From Pseudomonadota bacterium (GTDB taxonomy: Bacteria > Myxococcota > JACRCW01 > JAFGSX01), in NCBI GenBank assembly GCA_043821645.1, contig JBDRCO010000070.1, forward strand, positions 42,425-106,424: a stretch of 64,000 nucleotides of DNA, in the 5' to 3' direction. The notes below the pieces were generated by a model that was not told the DNA's origin, did no database searches, and saw nothing but the letters and a program-made list of their open reading frames with translations. The position numbers were made by a program, and so were the translations under genes. Of the stretch, positions 19,742-28,960 are shown in pieces; the first letter of the stretch is position 1, and each line of letters starts with the position of its first letter.

Positions 19742-21886
19742 ATGAAGAAGTTCATCGACATCATCATGCAGGGCGACGTGGTCATCGTGCTCAGGCGATA
19801 CGCCGACCTGATGCTCGCCTTCCTGGTGGTCGCGGTCGTCGGGCTGATGATCATCCCGGTCCCGACCTTCATCATGGACCTCTTGCTGGTCCTCAACATC
19901 TCCATCTCGATGGTGATGCTGCTCATCTCGATGTACATCCCCAACGTGCTCAAGCTGGCGTCGTTTCCGACCATCATCCTGGTCACGACCCTGTTTCGAC
20001 TCGCCCTCAACGTCTCGTCAACCCGCCTGATTCTGCTGTACGCCAAGGCCGGTGAAGTCATCAAGTCCTTCGGCCAGTTCGTGGTGCAGGGCAACTTCGT
20101 CGTCGGCGCCGTGATCTTTTTGGTGCTGATCCTCATCAACTTCCTGGTCATCAGCAAGGGCTCGGAGCGCGTGTCCGAGGTGGCCGCCCGCTTCACCCTC
20201 GACGCCATGCCGGGCAAGCAGATGTCCATCGACGCCGACCTTCGTGCCGGCGCCTTCGATCTGGACGAGGCACGCCGCCGCCGTAACGACCTCGGCCGCG
20301 AATCGCAGTTCTTCGGCGCCATGGACGGCGCCATGAAGTTCGTCAAGGGCGACTCCATCGCAGGCCTGATCATCACGGCCATCAACATCGTGGCCGGCAT
20401 CATCATCGGCATCACCCAGAAGGACATGAGTGCCGGCGAGGCGGTCGAGACCTACTCCATCCTGACCATCGGCGACGGTCTGGTCTCCATCATCCCCTCC
20501 CTGCTGATGTCGGTGTGCGCCGGTCTCGTCGTCACCCGGGTGGCCTCCGAGGAAGAGGGCACCAACATGGGTATGGATCTGGCCACCCAGATCCTGGCCC
20601 AGCCCAAGGCCTTTGCCATTGCCGGCGGCTTCCTGTTCGTGCTGGGCATGGTCCCTGGCCTTCCCACCGTGCCCTTCACGGTCATGTCGGTATTGATCTG
20701 CGGCCTGTCCTACGGCCTGTTCAAGGCTCAGAAGGTCAAGGGGCCGGGCATGATGGATGCCGTCGAGGAGCGCGAGGAGGAGGTCAAGGAGGAGAAACAA
20801 AAGGCGGTGCAGCGCGCCAAGGTCCAGGAGGGACAGTCGCAGCAGATGTTGCCCGTGGTCACCCCCATTGCCCTCGAGGTGGCGCAAGATCTGATCCCGC
20901 TGGTCGACGACGCCCAGGGCTCAGCCTTCCTCAACGATATGATCCCGATGATGCGCGACGGCTTGTTCTACGAGCTCGGCGTGCGCTACCCCGGCCTGCG
21001 CGTGCGCGGCAACGAGGGCGATCTGCCCAAGGGCGCCTACATCATCATGATCAACGAGATCCCCCTGGTCATGGGCACCGTCGACCAGGAGAAGCTGCTG
21101 GTCAACGACACCCCCGACCGCCTCAAGCTGCTCAACATCGAGGGCGAGCCCGCGGTCAACCCGGCCAACCAGAGCGAATGCGCGTGGATCAGCATCGTGC
21201 ACAAGGAAGTCGCCGAGCAAGCCGGTCTGACGACGTGGGATGCAGCAGGCTACATGGTGCTGCACCTGTCCGCAGTGCTGCGCAAGAACGCCAGCGAGTT
21301 CGTCGGTATCCAGGAGACCCAGAACATGCTCGAGCAGCTCGAGCAGGCTTTCCCGGCCCTGGTCAAGGAGGTGGTGCCCAAGGCCGTCAGCCCCTTCCAG
21401 CTCACCGACATCCTGCGCCGCCTGGTCGAGGAGGAGATCTCCATCCGCGACCTGCGCAGCATCCTGCAGGCCCTGGCCGAGTGGGGCCCCGTCGAGAACG
21501 ACACGGTCATGCTCACCGAGTACGTGCGCGCGGCGCTCAAGCGCTACATCTCGCACAAGTACACCCGCGGCCAGTCGACCTTGATCGTGTACTTGCTGGA
21601 TCCGCAGATCGAGGAGACGGTGCGCTCCAGCATCCAGCACACCTCGTCCGGTAGTTACCTGGCCCTGGAACCCGAGATCACGCAGGAGATCCTGGCCGCG
21701 GTGCGCAACGAGATCGGCAACCTGCCGCCCAGTGCCCAGCAGCCCGTGGTGCTGACCACCATGGAGATCCGGCGCTACTTCAGAAAGCTGGTCGAGCTCG
21801 AGTTCCCGCACCTGGCCGTGCTGAGCTACCAGGAACTATCCCCCGAGATGAACATCCAGCCCATCGCCCGTATCAGTCTTGGTTAG
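19742..21886 (+). CDS. sctV: Type III secretion export apparatus major subunit (SctV/LcrD/FlhA, FHIPEP family)
   Basis: FPT..L.TTLFRLALNVSSTRLIL, ERVSEVAARFTLDAMPGKQMSIDADL, GAMDGAMKFVKGD, LTIGDGLV, VLSYQEL. Confidence 0.93.
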   Translation: MKKFIDIIMQGDVVIVLRRYADLMLAFLVVAVVGLMIIPVPTFIMDLLLVLNISISMVMLLISMYIPNVLKLASFPTIILVTTLFRLALNVSSTRLILLYAKAGEVIKSFGQFVVQGNFVVGAVIFLVLILINFLVISKGSERVSEVAARFTLDAMPGKQMSIDADLRAGAFDLDEARRRRNDLGRESQFFGAMDGAMKFVKGDSIAGLIITAINIVAGIIIGITQKDMSAGEAVETYSILTIGDGLVSIIPSLLMSVCAGLVVTRVASEEEGTNMGMDLATQILAQPKAFAIAGGFLFVLGMVPGLPTVPFTVMSVLICGLSYGLFKAQKVKGPGMMDAVEEREEEVKEEKQKAVQRAKVQEGQSQQMLPVVTPIALEVAQDLIPLVDDAQGSAFLNDMIPMMRDGLFYELGVRYPGLRVRGNEGDLPKGAYIIMINEIPLVMGTVDQEKLLVNDTPDRLKLLNIEGEPAVNPANQSECAWISIVHKEVAEQAGLTTWDAAGYMVLHLSAVLRKNASEFVGIQETQNMLEQLEQAFPALVKEVVPKAVSPFQLTDILRRLVEEEISIRDLRSILQALAEWGPVENDTVMLTEYVRAALKRYISHKYTRGQSTLIVYLLDPQIEETVRSSIQHTSSGSYLALEPEITQEILAAVRNEIGNLPPSAQQPVVLTTMEIRRYFRKLVELEFPHLAVLSYQELSPEMNIQPIARISLG

Positions 21887-21944
21887 AGGGACGTTCAGCC
21901 CGCCCCTCCCCCGTCGAAGTGAATTCGACAGGGCCCCCTCCCCG

Positions 21945-22034
21945 GCAGCGCAGTCATCGACAGAAGCCTTGGCGTGAGGGCGCCCGGACTGCACCTCACC
22001 TGCAGTGCAGAGATAGACAGAAGCCCTGGCGTGA
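21945..22034. repeat. Degenerate ~33-bp direct repeat, two copies with 57-bp period
   Basis: GCAGcGCAGtcATcGACAGAAGCCtTGGCGTGA (21945-21977) versus GCAGtGCAGagATaGACAGAAGCCcTGGCGTGA (22002-22034). Confidence 0.6.
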
Positions 22035-22068
22035 CAAGGGCAGGCGCATGGTTCGCGCTGGAGTCCGG

Positions 22069-24507
22069 TCAGGGTGTGAAGTCGATGAACCAGCGCACGA
22101 AACCCTCGCCGCGCACGTCCTGCTGCAGGTCGTAGATCATGGCCATCCCGGAGAGCGGCACGTGGCCACTCAAGGTCCACTGCCAGTCCGTATTGCTCGA
22201 GCCCACGCCCGGTGTGATCGCGGGATCCGTGGCCTGGCCCGAGGGCGCCGCGTTGGTGCCTCCGATGTACAGCGAAGGTGCGCTGTCGACGAAGGCCGCG
22301 CGGGCTGTCCAGATGTCCTCCAGCAGCGCATCGACCTCGACCCGAGTCAGGCCATTGTTGGCAAGCTCCAGGACGTGCAGGCGGGCCAGCGACACCAGGG
22401 GCCCACTCCGCTGGTAGCTCAAGTTGTTGCCACTGAGAGCCAACCGCTCGAGCTGCGTCAAGTCGCCCAGCTCGGCGGGAATCTGGCCGCTGAGCTGGTT
22501 GTAGTCCAGGTCCAGAACCGTGAGACCGGTCAGGTTGCCCAGGGCCGCCGGGATGGCCCCTGTGAACTCATTGCCACCGAGACTCAACACCTCGAGCGAG
22601 GTCATGGTGCCGAGTACTTGCGGCAGCGCGCCGCTGAGCGCATTGCCATAGAGGTTGAGGGTGCGCAGCTGGGTCAGCGCGCCGAACTCGACGGGAATGG
22701 AGCCGCTGAGACCGCACTGGGCCAGGTGCAGCTCGACGAGTGTTGTAACCTGCCCCAGGCTGACCGGCAGTGTGCCGCCCAGGTTCAGGTTGCGACTCAG
22801 GTCCAGGTGCTCGAGCGCCGTCAGGCTGCTCAGCCACGACGGAACGCCCCCCGTGAGACTGTTGTCATAGAGCATCAGGCGGTACAAGGACGTCAAGTTG
22901 CCCAGCTGCGAGGGGATGTCGCCTGCGAGAAGGTTCGCGCCGAGGTCCAGCACCTCGAGGTTACCCAGGTTGCCGAGTTCCACCGGGATCTGTCCGCTGA
23001 GCTCGTTGTTGTACAAAGACAGCTGCGTGAGGTTGCCCAGATTACCCAGCTCGGCAGGGATGGCTCCATTCAGCCTGGCGCTCGCAACGTAGAGTTCTCG
23101 CAAGCTGGTCAAGGCGCCGAGAAAGGTGGGCAGCGTCCCCTGCAACGGATTATGGCCGAGGTGCAGGTTCTCGATGCTGGACAGGTTCGCGAGCCAACTC
23201 GGGATGCCGCCGGTCAGCTGGTTGTCGTCGAGACTCAGACGCCACAGCGAGGTCAGATTGCCCAGTTCCGCTGGTGGTGCGCCCGTGAGGGCGTTACCAC
23301 TCAGGTCCAGGTGCTCGAGGTTGGTCAGGTTTCCCAGGTCGGCGGGGATGGCGCCGATGAGGCTGTTCCCCCAAAGCATGAGCGTGGTCAGGTTCGCCAA
23401 CCCCCCAAGGCTGGTCGGTATGGCACCGGTGAGTTCAGCGTGTCCGAGGTGCAGCTCGACCAGCGACACCATGTTACCCAGGAACCCAGGGATGGGCCCA
23501 CCCAGCGGGTTGTTGCTGAGCGACAGGATCTCCAGCTCGGTCAGGCCGCTCAGCCATGACGGGATCCCCCCTGTGAGGTCGTTGTCATCCAGCCACAGCC
23601 GCCACAGGTGGGAGAGACTGCCCAGACCTGGCGGTAGTGTGCCGCTGAGGTGGTTGCCGCTCAGGTCCAGGTGCCACAGCGCGGCCAGATGGCCCAGCTC
23701 CGCCGGGATCGCGCCACTGAACTGGTTGCCGGCCAGCATCAGCACCTCGAGGCTTTCGACCTGACCGAGCTGTGGCGGGATGCCGCCGTTGAGGCGATTG
23801 TTCGTCAGTGCAAGCTGCTGCAGCACCGCAAGCTCTCCCAGCACGGCGGGTAGAGTTCCCTGCATGCCGCAGCGCTCGAGGGTGATGCTCAGCAATCCTG
23901 GAAGATCCTGGGTGCCTCGCGGAAAGCTGCGCAGCTGCGCATCCTGCACCTGGAGGCTGGTGACGAAGGGCGCGAGCCCGGCGGGAAGCAGGTCCACGTC
24001 GACAGGACCGCTCGTGGTCAAATTGTACGTGATCTGGGCCCCCGTGAGCGTGCTGCCATTGGAGAACTGCCAGGAGGCGACCGGCGCACCGCTTTCGAGC
24101 TGCACGACAGGAGAAAAGGTGGTCGGACCCTGCAGCTCGATGCGCAGGGCACCGGGAATGGCCGCATCGAGCTCACCGGTGTCGGCGACCTGCTGGTCGG
24201 ATGCTCCAGCGTCGGTGGCCACATCGGAGGTCGAGCCGTCCCCGTTCGCGGCGTCGAGAGAAGCTCCATCCCCGCCCACGGCGTCGAGCACTCCGGCGTC
24301 CTCTACTGCGTCCTCATCAGGGACGCATAGACCTGTGTTGACTTCGCACGCATAGTGGGTAGGGCAATCGTCACGGTGCGCACATCGATGCCAGGGCAGC
24401 GCTGGATCACATGCGCCGGCGGCGAGCAGCAACGAGCAGCAGAGGGAGATCACGAGGCCCTGCCTGCTCACACGCTTTGTTCCCGAGACATATGCAGGTC
24501 GTCGCAT
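22069..24507 (-). CDS. Lipoprotein with ~22 plant-specific-type 24-aa leucine-rich repeats
   Basis: LLLAAGAC lipobox; small Cys knot (C..RDDCP..YAC....GLC); D/A/G linker; repeats LxxLxLxxNxLxGxIPxxLGxL. Confidence 0.9.
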   Translation of the reverse strand: MRRPAYVSGTKRVSRQGLVISLCCSLLLAAGACDPALPWHRCAHRDDCPTHYACEVNTGLCVPDEDAVEDAGVLDAVGGDGASLDAANGDGSTSDVATDAGASDQQVADTGELDAAIPGALRIELQGPTTFSPVVQLESGAPVASWQFSNGSTLTGAQITYNLTTSGPVDVDLLPAGLAPFVTSLQVQDAQLRSFPRGTQDLPGLLSITLERCGMQGTLPAVLGELAVLQQLALTNNRLNGGIPPQLGQVESLEVLMLAGNQFSGAIPAELGHLAALWHLDLSGNHLSGTLPPGLGSLSHLWRLWLDDNDLTGGIPSWLSGLTELEILSLSNNPLGGPIPGFLGNMVSLVELHLGHAELTGAIPTSLGGLANLTTLMLWGNSLIGAIPADLGNLTNLEHLDLSGNALTGAPPAELGNLTSLWRLSLDDNQLTGGIPSWLANLSSIENLHLGHNPLQGTLPTFLGALTSLRELYVASARLNGAIPAELGNLGNLTQLSLYNNELSGQIPVELGNLGNLEVLDLGANLLAGDIPSQLGNLTSLYRLMLYDNSLTGGVPSWLSSLTALEHLDLSRNLNLGGTLPVSLGQVTTLVELHLAQCGLSGSIPVEFGALTQLRTLNLYGNALSGALPQVLGTMTSLEVLSLGGNEFTGAIPAALGNLTGLTVLDLDYNQLSGQIPAELGDLTQLERLALSGNNLSYQRSGPLVSLARLHVLELANNGLTRVEVDALLEDIWTARAAFVDSAPSLYIGGTNAAPSGQATDPAITPGVGSSNTDWQWTLSGHVPLSGMAMIYDLQQDVRGEGFVRWFIDFTP

Positions 24508-24567
24508 GGATCCCCCGAGCATCAACGGCGCGCCGCACCAGGTCAAGCTGTGCTACGAGATTGAGCA

Positions 24568-25209
24568 TCAGGCAGCCGGCTTCAGACCGGCCACGCCCAC
24601 GGTGTGCCCGATCCAGGTGTCTTGCCCCAGGGCGTCGAGCGCGGCCTGCGCCACGTCGCCGGTGGAGATCGCACCGTAGTTCGAAGGGAAGCCATCCAGC
24701 TCGGTCTGGTAGCGCCCGGTGCGAGGACCCTCGGGCATGTGCGGCGGGCACAGCACGGTCCAGTCGAGACGACTCTGCCGGAGCAGGCCAAAGGCCGCCC
24801 GGTGATCGGCAAAGGCGAAGCGCAGGGCCGCTGGCATGTCGACGTCGCCCAGCAGCAGATCGGGTTGCGGCCCGGGAGTCAGCCCCTTGCTGCCGATGGC
24901 CACGAGACGCCGCGGTCCTGCCTGCTGCAGTGCCGCGATGATGCCGCGCATGCCGTCGGCGATGAAACTGCGCGGACCTGCCACGCGCTTGCCCCCGATG
25001 GCCGAGATGACCGCGTCACAATCCTGAGCAGCTTCTGCCAGGAGCTCCACCTCGGAGGCGTCACAGGCGACCACGCGCAGCCAGGTGTGCTGCCGTTCGA
25101 TGCGCGAGGCATCCCGAACGCAGGCCACCACCTGGTGGCGCGCCGTGAGCGCCTGGCTGACCAGGTGCTGCCCTACCCTTCCGGCAGCTCCGACGACGAG
25201 GATACGCAT
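24568..25209 (-). CDS. NAD(P)-binding Rossmann oxidoreductase (flavin reductase/BVR-B-like)
   Basis: MRILVVGAAGRVG, DAVISAIG, LDWTVLCPP, ISTGDVA. Confidence 0.85.
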   Translation of the reverse strand: MRILVVGAAGRVGQHLVSQALTARHQVVACVRDASRIERQHTWLRVVACDASEVELLAEAAQDCDAVISAIGGKRVAGPRSFIADGMRGIIAALQQAGPRRLVAIGSKGLTPGPQPDLLLGDVDMPAALRFAFADHRAAFGLLRQSRLDWTVLCPPHMPEGPRTGRYQTELDGFPSNYGAISTGDVAQAALDALGQDTWIGHTVGVAGLKPAA

Positions 25210-25235
25210 GTGTGCCACCTGGCGCGCCGTGCCCC

Positions 25236-26201
25236 TCAGCGCGAATCGAGCAGGAAGAACTTGACCGCCACCAGGGCCGCAAGCAGCGCGACCAGCCCCA
25301 GAACCAGAGCCAGGACACGCCAGGGTGAAAGCGGAACAGTGCCGATCACACGTTCGGAATCCTGTCCATGCAGCACGGCGCGGAAAACCTTGCCCCGGTA
25401 GCGGTAGGCCAGGACCCAGGCCGGCAGCAAGATGCGTCGCGTGGTCAAGCTGCGCAGAAGCAACTCGATGCGAATGCGCCGCGAACGCCTGCCTGGGACT
25501 TCCTGCGCTTGCACGTGAGCCTCGGCGCGGTCGTGCACGGCGCGCAGGATCTGGGCACGCGCTGCCGAGCGAGGCACGCCGTAGTCCTCCTGCACCGAGG
25601 TGCCATTTTGACTGGCGCTGGTGACGCGAAGGTCGTAGTCCCCCAGGCCTTGCACCTCGTCGTCACGCAGCCCACGCGAGGCGGACACCAGCAGGCCATC
25701 CAGGGATAGCTCGCACTGTCCGGCGTGGGGCGCCCAGGTCGACTTGCGCGCGCCGGCGTCGGATTCCGCGGTCCAGCTCACCGTGCTATCCGCGTCCAGG
25801 ACCCAGGCGGCCCAGTGCACGGCCTCGGTCTTCTCCAGCGCCGAGCGACTGGCCAGATCCCCGGGCGCCAGCCAGCGCCGCTTGCCCAGCCAGCGCCGCA
25901 AGGCCACGCGCGCCCGGCTGCGATCGACGGAGAAGGGAACCACCTGCTCGGCCCGCTCCACCGGATCCTGGCCCTGCTCCAGCTTGGCCACGCCGCCACA
26001 GAACGGGCAGCGCGCGCCCTGGCGCTGCACGTCAAAGTGCATGGGCGCGCCGCAGTCATCGCAGCGCAAGCTGCGCAGGGCCCCGGACTCGGTGCTTTCA
26101 GGTTGCGCCGGGACGGGCAAGGCGCACACGGGGCAGCGCAGATCGCCATGCTCGAGGTCACAGTGACAGCGGTCGCAGTTCCCGTTCGAGGCGCTGCTCA
26201 T
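25236..26201 (-). CDS. Zn-ribbon protein with a C-terminal TM anchor (paralog 2)
   Basis: Four CxxC pairs; VVPFSV; LLPAWVLAYRY.GK.F...LHGQ; C-terminal TM helix; ATGA overlap with the upstream paralog. Confidence 0.75.
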   Translation of the reverse strand: MSSASNGNCDRCHCDLEHGDLRCPVCALPVPAQPESTESGALRSLRCDDCGAPMHFDVQRQGARCPFCGGVAKLEQGQDPVERAEQVVPFSVDRSRARVALRRWLGKRRWLAPGDLASRSALEKTEAVHWAAWVLDADSTVSWTAESDAGARKSTWAPHAGQCELSLDGLLVSASRGLRDDEVQGLGDYDLRVTSASQNGTSVQEDYGVPRSAARAQILRAVHDRAEAHVQAQEVPGRRSRRIRIELLLRSLTTRRILLPAWVLAYRYRGKVFRAVLHGQDSERVIGTVPLSPWRVLALVLGLVALLAALVAVKFFLLDSR

Positions 26202-27322
26202 GCCTTGCCTCCGAAGAGCTGCACCAGGATCGCGGCGACCAGCAGGAGCGCCACGAGCCCCACGGCTATGCCCACCTTGAGCGGATCCAGCGGAACCTTG
26301 CCATGCACCTTGCCACTCTGGCCGTTGACGAGCGTGCGCAGCGGGGGCTTCTTCGGATGCCACTTCAGGGTCATCAGCCACAGCGGCACCAGCACGCCAT
26401 CGATGGTCTCTTGCTCGAAGCGCGACTGCACCTGCTTGATGGACCGCCGATCGCCTGGAAGAAAGGCCTGCACACGTCGGGTGACGTCCTCGCTCGCCTC
26501 CTTGCGCGCCAGCGGCAGGCACTGGGCCACGGTCAGCGCTGGCTCCTCTACTACCCAGCCCGCGATGGCCTTGTCGTCGAAGCGGATCATGCGCGCCAGG
26601 TCAAAGGGTTCCACGGCCTCCAGCGCGTCGTTGTGCACGCTGTGCGAGGCCGCCACCAGCACCTCACGCACGTAGCCCGCGAACTGGCCGGACAGGTCCG
26701 TCCACTCGATCTTGGGAACCTTCTTCTTGCGCTTGGTCACTGGGTCCGTGGTCGTGGTGTAGCCATAGATGATCCCGATCGAAGCGTCCCAGGAAGCCCT
26801 GGCCACCGCACCATACAGGTAGGTCGGTGTGTACGCGGCACGCACGCTGTCGACGGCAGCCTTGCGCAGTGCGGACGGCGCAAACAGTCGCTTTCGGCTC
26901 TGCCAGGTCTGCACGCATTCCCGGGCGCGCTCCCGGGTCACCACGAAGGGCAACACGAAACTCGGGCGCACCACTCCCGGCCGCGGTGGCACCTCGACGA
27001 TGGCTGCGGACGCGCAGAACGGGCACACCGTGGCGCTCTGGTGCCGATCAAGCTGCAAGGCCGTCCCGCATCCCTTGCAGCGATGCGAGGTGGCCAGCTG
27101 CCACGAAGCCAGCTCGGGGAGTACCTGACCCGGCCCTGGAGATTCTGCCGAGTTCTCCACGGTGGTCGCCCCCGGACCTCGCCCCGCGAGACCCACCTGC
27201 GGCGCCTCGACCTTGGCCCCACACCTGCCGCACCGATCACCGGCGGAGCTGCGCCTGAGCATCACGGCGGTGCCGCAGCTCGGGCACGAGACCTGGATGC
27301 GTTGCTCGGAGAAGCCGCTCAT
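26198..27322 (-). CDS. Zn-ribbon protein with a C-terminal TM anchor (paralog 1)
   Basis: CPSC, CGRC, CKGC, CPFC; VLPFVV; LVPLW...VNGQSGKVHGKVP; C-terminal TM helix. Confidence 0.78.
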   Translation of the reverse strand: MSGFSEQRIQVSCPSCGTAVMLRRSSAGDRCGRCGAKVEAPQVGLAGRGPGATTVENSAESPGPGQVLPELASWQLATSHRCKGCGTALQLDRHQSATVCPFCASAAIVEVPPRPGVVRPSFVLPFVVTRERARECVQTWQSRKRLFAPSALRKAAVDSVRAAYTPTYLYGAVARASWDASIGIIYGYTTTTDPVTKRKKKVPKIEWTDLSGQFAGYVREVLVAASHSVHNDALEAVEPFDLARMIRFDDKAIAGWVVEEPALTVAQCLPLARKEASEDVTRRVQAFLPGDRRSIKQVQSRFEQETIDGVLVPLWLMTLKWHPKKPPLRTLVNGQSGKVHGKVPLDPLKVGIAVGLVALLLVAAILVQLFGGKA

Positions 27323-27421
27323 GGGTGCAGGCTATCGCCCAGGACAGGGCGGGCCAAGCCGCGACGTCGGTGTTGTGGAACGCAGGGACCGACGAGCTCG
27401 CCCCTCGAGGCACCCATGAGG

Positions 27422-28855
27422 TCAGTCATGCGCGTGCTCTCCCGAGGGCTCGACGTGAATGATGACCCGGCCGACATGCTCGACGGCTTGCCGCAGACGC
27501 CTCTCGATCTGGTGCGTCAGAGCGTGGGCGTCGGCCAGGCTGACGTCGGGCGCCACCTCGCAATGCAGCGCCACGCTGAACACCTCGCCGGTGCGTCGCA
27601 CGGTTACCTTGTGAGGTCGGCAGGTGGTGTCGAGCGTGGCCGCGATGTCCGCCAGGGCCAGCTCGACGCGCTCCGATTCGGCAACGCTGGCGTGCTGGAC
27701 CACCGAGCACGCGCCCACGGGTTCGACGTGGGACAGCACGTGGTCCACGCCAGGAAGTGCCTCGCGGGCGGCCGCCTCGAAGGCACTGGCGCGCCGGTGC
27801 GCCTCGGCCAGGCTCCAGTCATCGTGCGCCTCGAGGTGCAACTCCAGGGTGCGGGCCGCGTCCTCCTCGAGCACGTGCACGCCGTGGACCCCCAGATCCC
27901 AGCGGCCAGCCAGCGCGCGCACAGTGTCCAGCAGGTTCTCGTTGGCGGCGGCGACAGGGTCGACGTGGACCACCACGTCCGCGCCCGGAAGCACCGTGCG
28001 CACCGCCGTCTCGGCCTGGTCCGCGATGGCGTGCGCGCGCTCCAGGTTGAGCCCGCGATCCATCGACAGGGTCACGTCGGCGAACACCTCGGGGCCCGCG
28101 CGTCGCAGCCGGACCTGCCGCACCTCGCGCACGCCCTCGACCTGCACGGCCTCGGTCACCACCTGGGTCAGCTCCGGTGGCACGGCGTCGATGAGATCGT
28201 CGACGCTCTTCTTGCCCAGTCGAAAGCTGATGCCGACGACGATGGCGGCCACACCCAGGGCCGCGACCGCGTCCGCCTGGGCCAGCCAGGTCAGACCGGT
28301 GGCCGCGGACACCCGCACCGCGATCAGGCCAACCAGGACCACCGACGACGACCAGATGTCGGTTGAAAAGTGCAGGGCATCGGCCTCGAGGGCCTGGCTG
28401 TTGTACTTGCGTGCAACCCGCATCAGGGCGCGGGAACGGCCATAATCCACGACGATGGACAGGCCGACCACGGCAAAGGCCCACCAGGTCGCCTCCACCG
28501 CCACCGGAGCAACGAACAGGCGATGAACGCCCTCGTACACGATCCACACGCAGGTCACGAGCAGCAGCAGGGTCTCGAACAGGGCACTCAGGTTCTCGAT
28601 CTTTCCGTGACCATATGGATGGTCGCGGTCCGCGGGACGGGACGCGGCCCGCACCGCGAACAGGGTGACCACGGCAGCCACGAGGTCCAGGCCGGAGTGC
28701 GCGGCCTCGGACAGGATGCCCAGACTGCCCGTCGAGAAGCCCACCACCAGCTTGGTGGCGGTGAGCAAGATGGCGGCCAGCACCGAGGTCAGTGCGACGC
28801 GGTTCTTCTCGCGTTCCGCCTCGGGCGAGCCGTGCATTGGGGGCGCTGCGGACAT
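27422..28855 (-). CDS. Cation diffusion facilitator (FieF-like) with three tandem ZT_dimer-like domains
   Basis: SEAAHSGLD, HPYGHGKIE, ADALHFSTD; AH...H(V)D/EP pattern repeated three times. Confidence 0.9.
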   Translation of the reverse strand: MSAAPPMHGSPEAEREKNRVALTSVLAAILLTATKLVVGFSTGSLGILSEAAHSGLDLVAAVVTLFAVRAASRPADRDHPYGHGKIENLSALFETLLLLVTCVWIVYEGVHRLFVAPVAVEATWWAFAVVGLSIVVDYGRSRALMRVARKYNSQALEADALHFSTDIWSSSVVLVGLIAVRVSAATGLTWLAQADAVAALGVAAIVVGISFRLGKKSVDDLIDAVPPELTQVVTEAVQVEGVREVRQVRLRRAGPEVFADVTLSMDRGLNLERAHAIADQAETAVRTVLPGADVVVHVDPVAAANENLLDTVRALAGRWDLGVHGVHVLEEDAARTLELHLEAHDDWSLAEAHRRASAFEAAAREALPGVDHVLSHVEPVGACSVVQHASVAESERVELALADIAATLDTTCRPHKVTVRRTGEVFSVALHCEVAPDVSLADAHALTHQIERRLRQAVEHVGRVIIHVEPSGEHAHD

Positions 28856-28960
28856 GACGGTTGCTCACCACGATGAGACTGCCGTGACTTTATGGCCGGG
28901 CTGGAGGTGTCGCAATGCGTACGTGCAGGGGGGGCGGCTTCGGCCCGGCGTGGGCGGAGC

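Noticed and set aside
21945-22034. Possible mini-CRISPR array
   Set aside because: Only two imperfect copies, a short intervening sequence, and no cas genes or leader.
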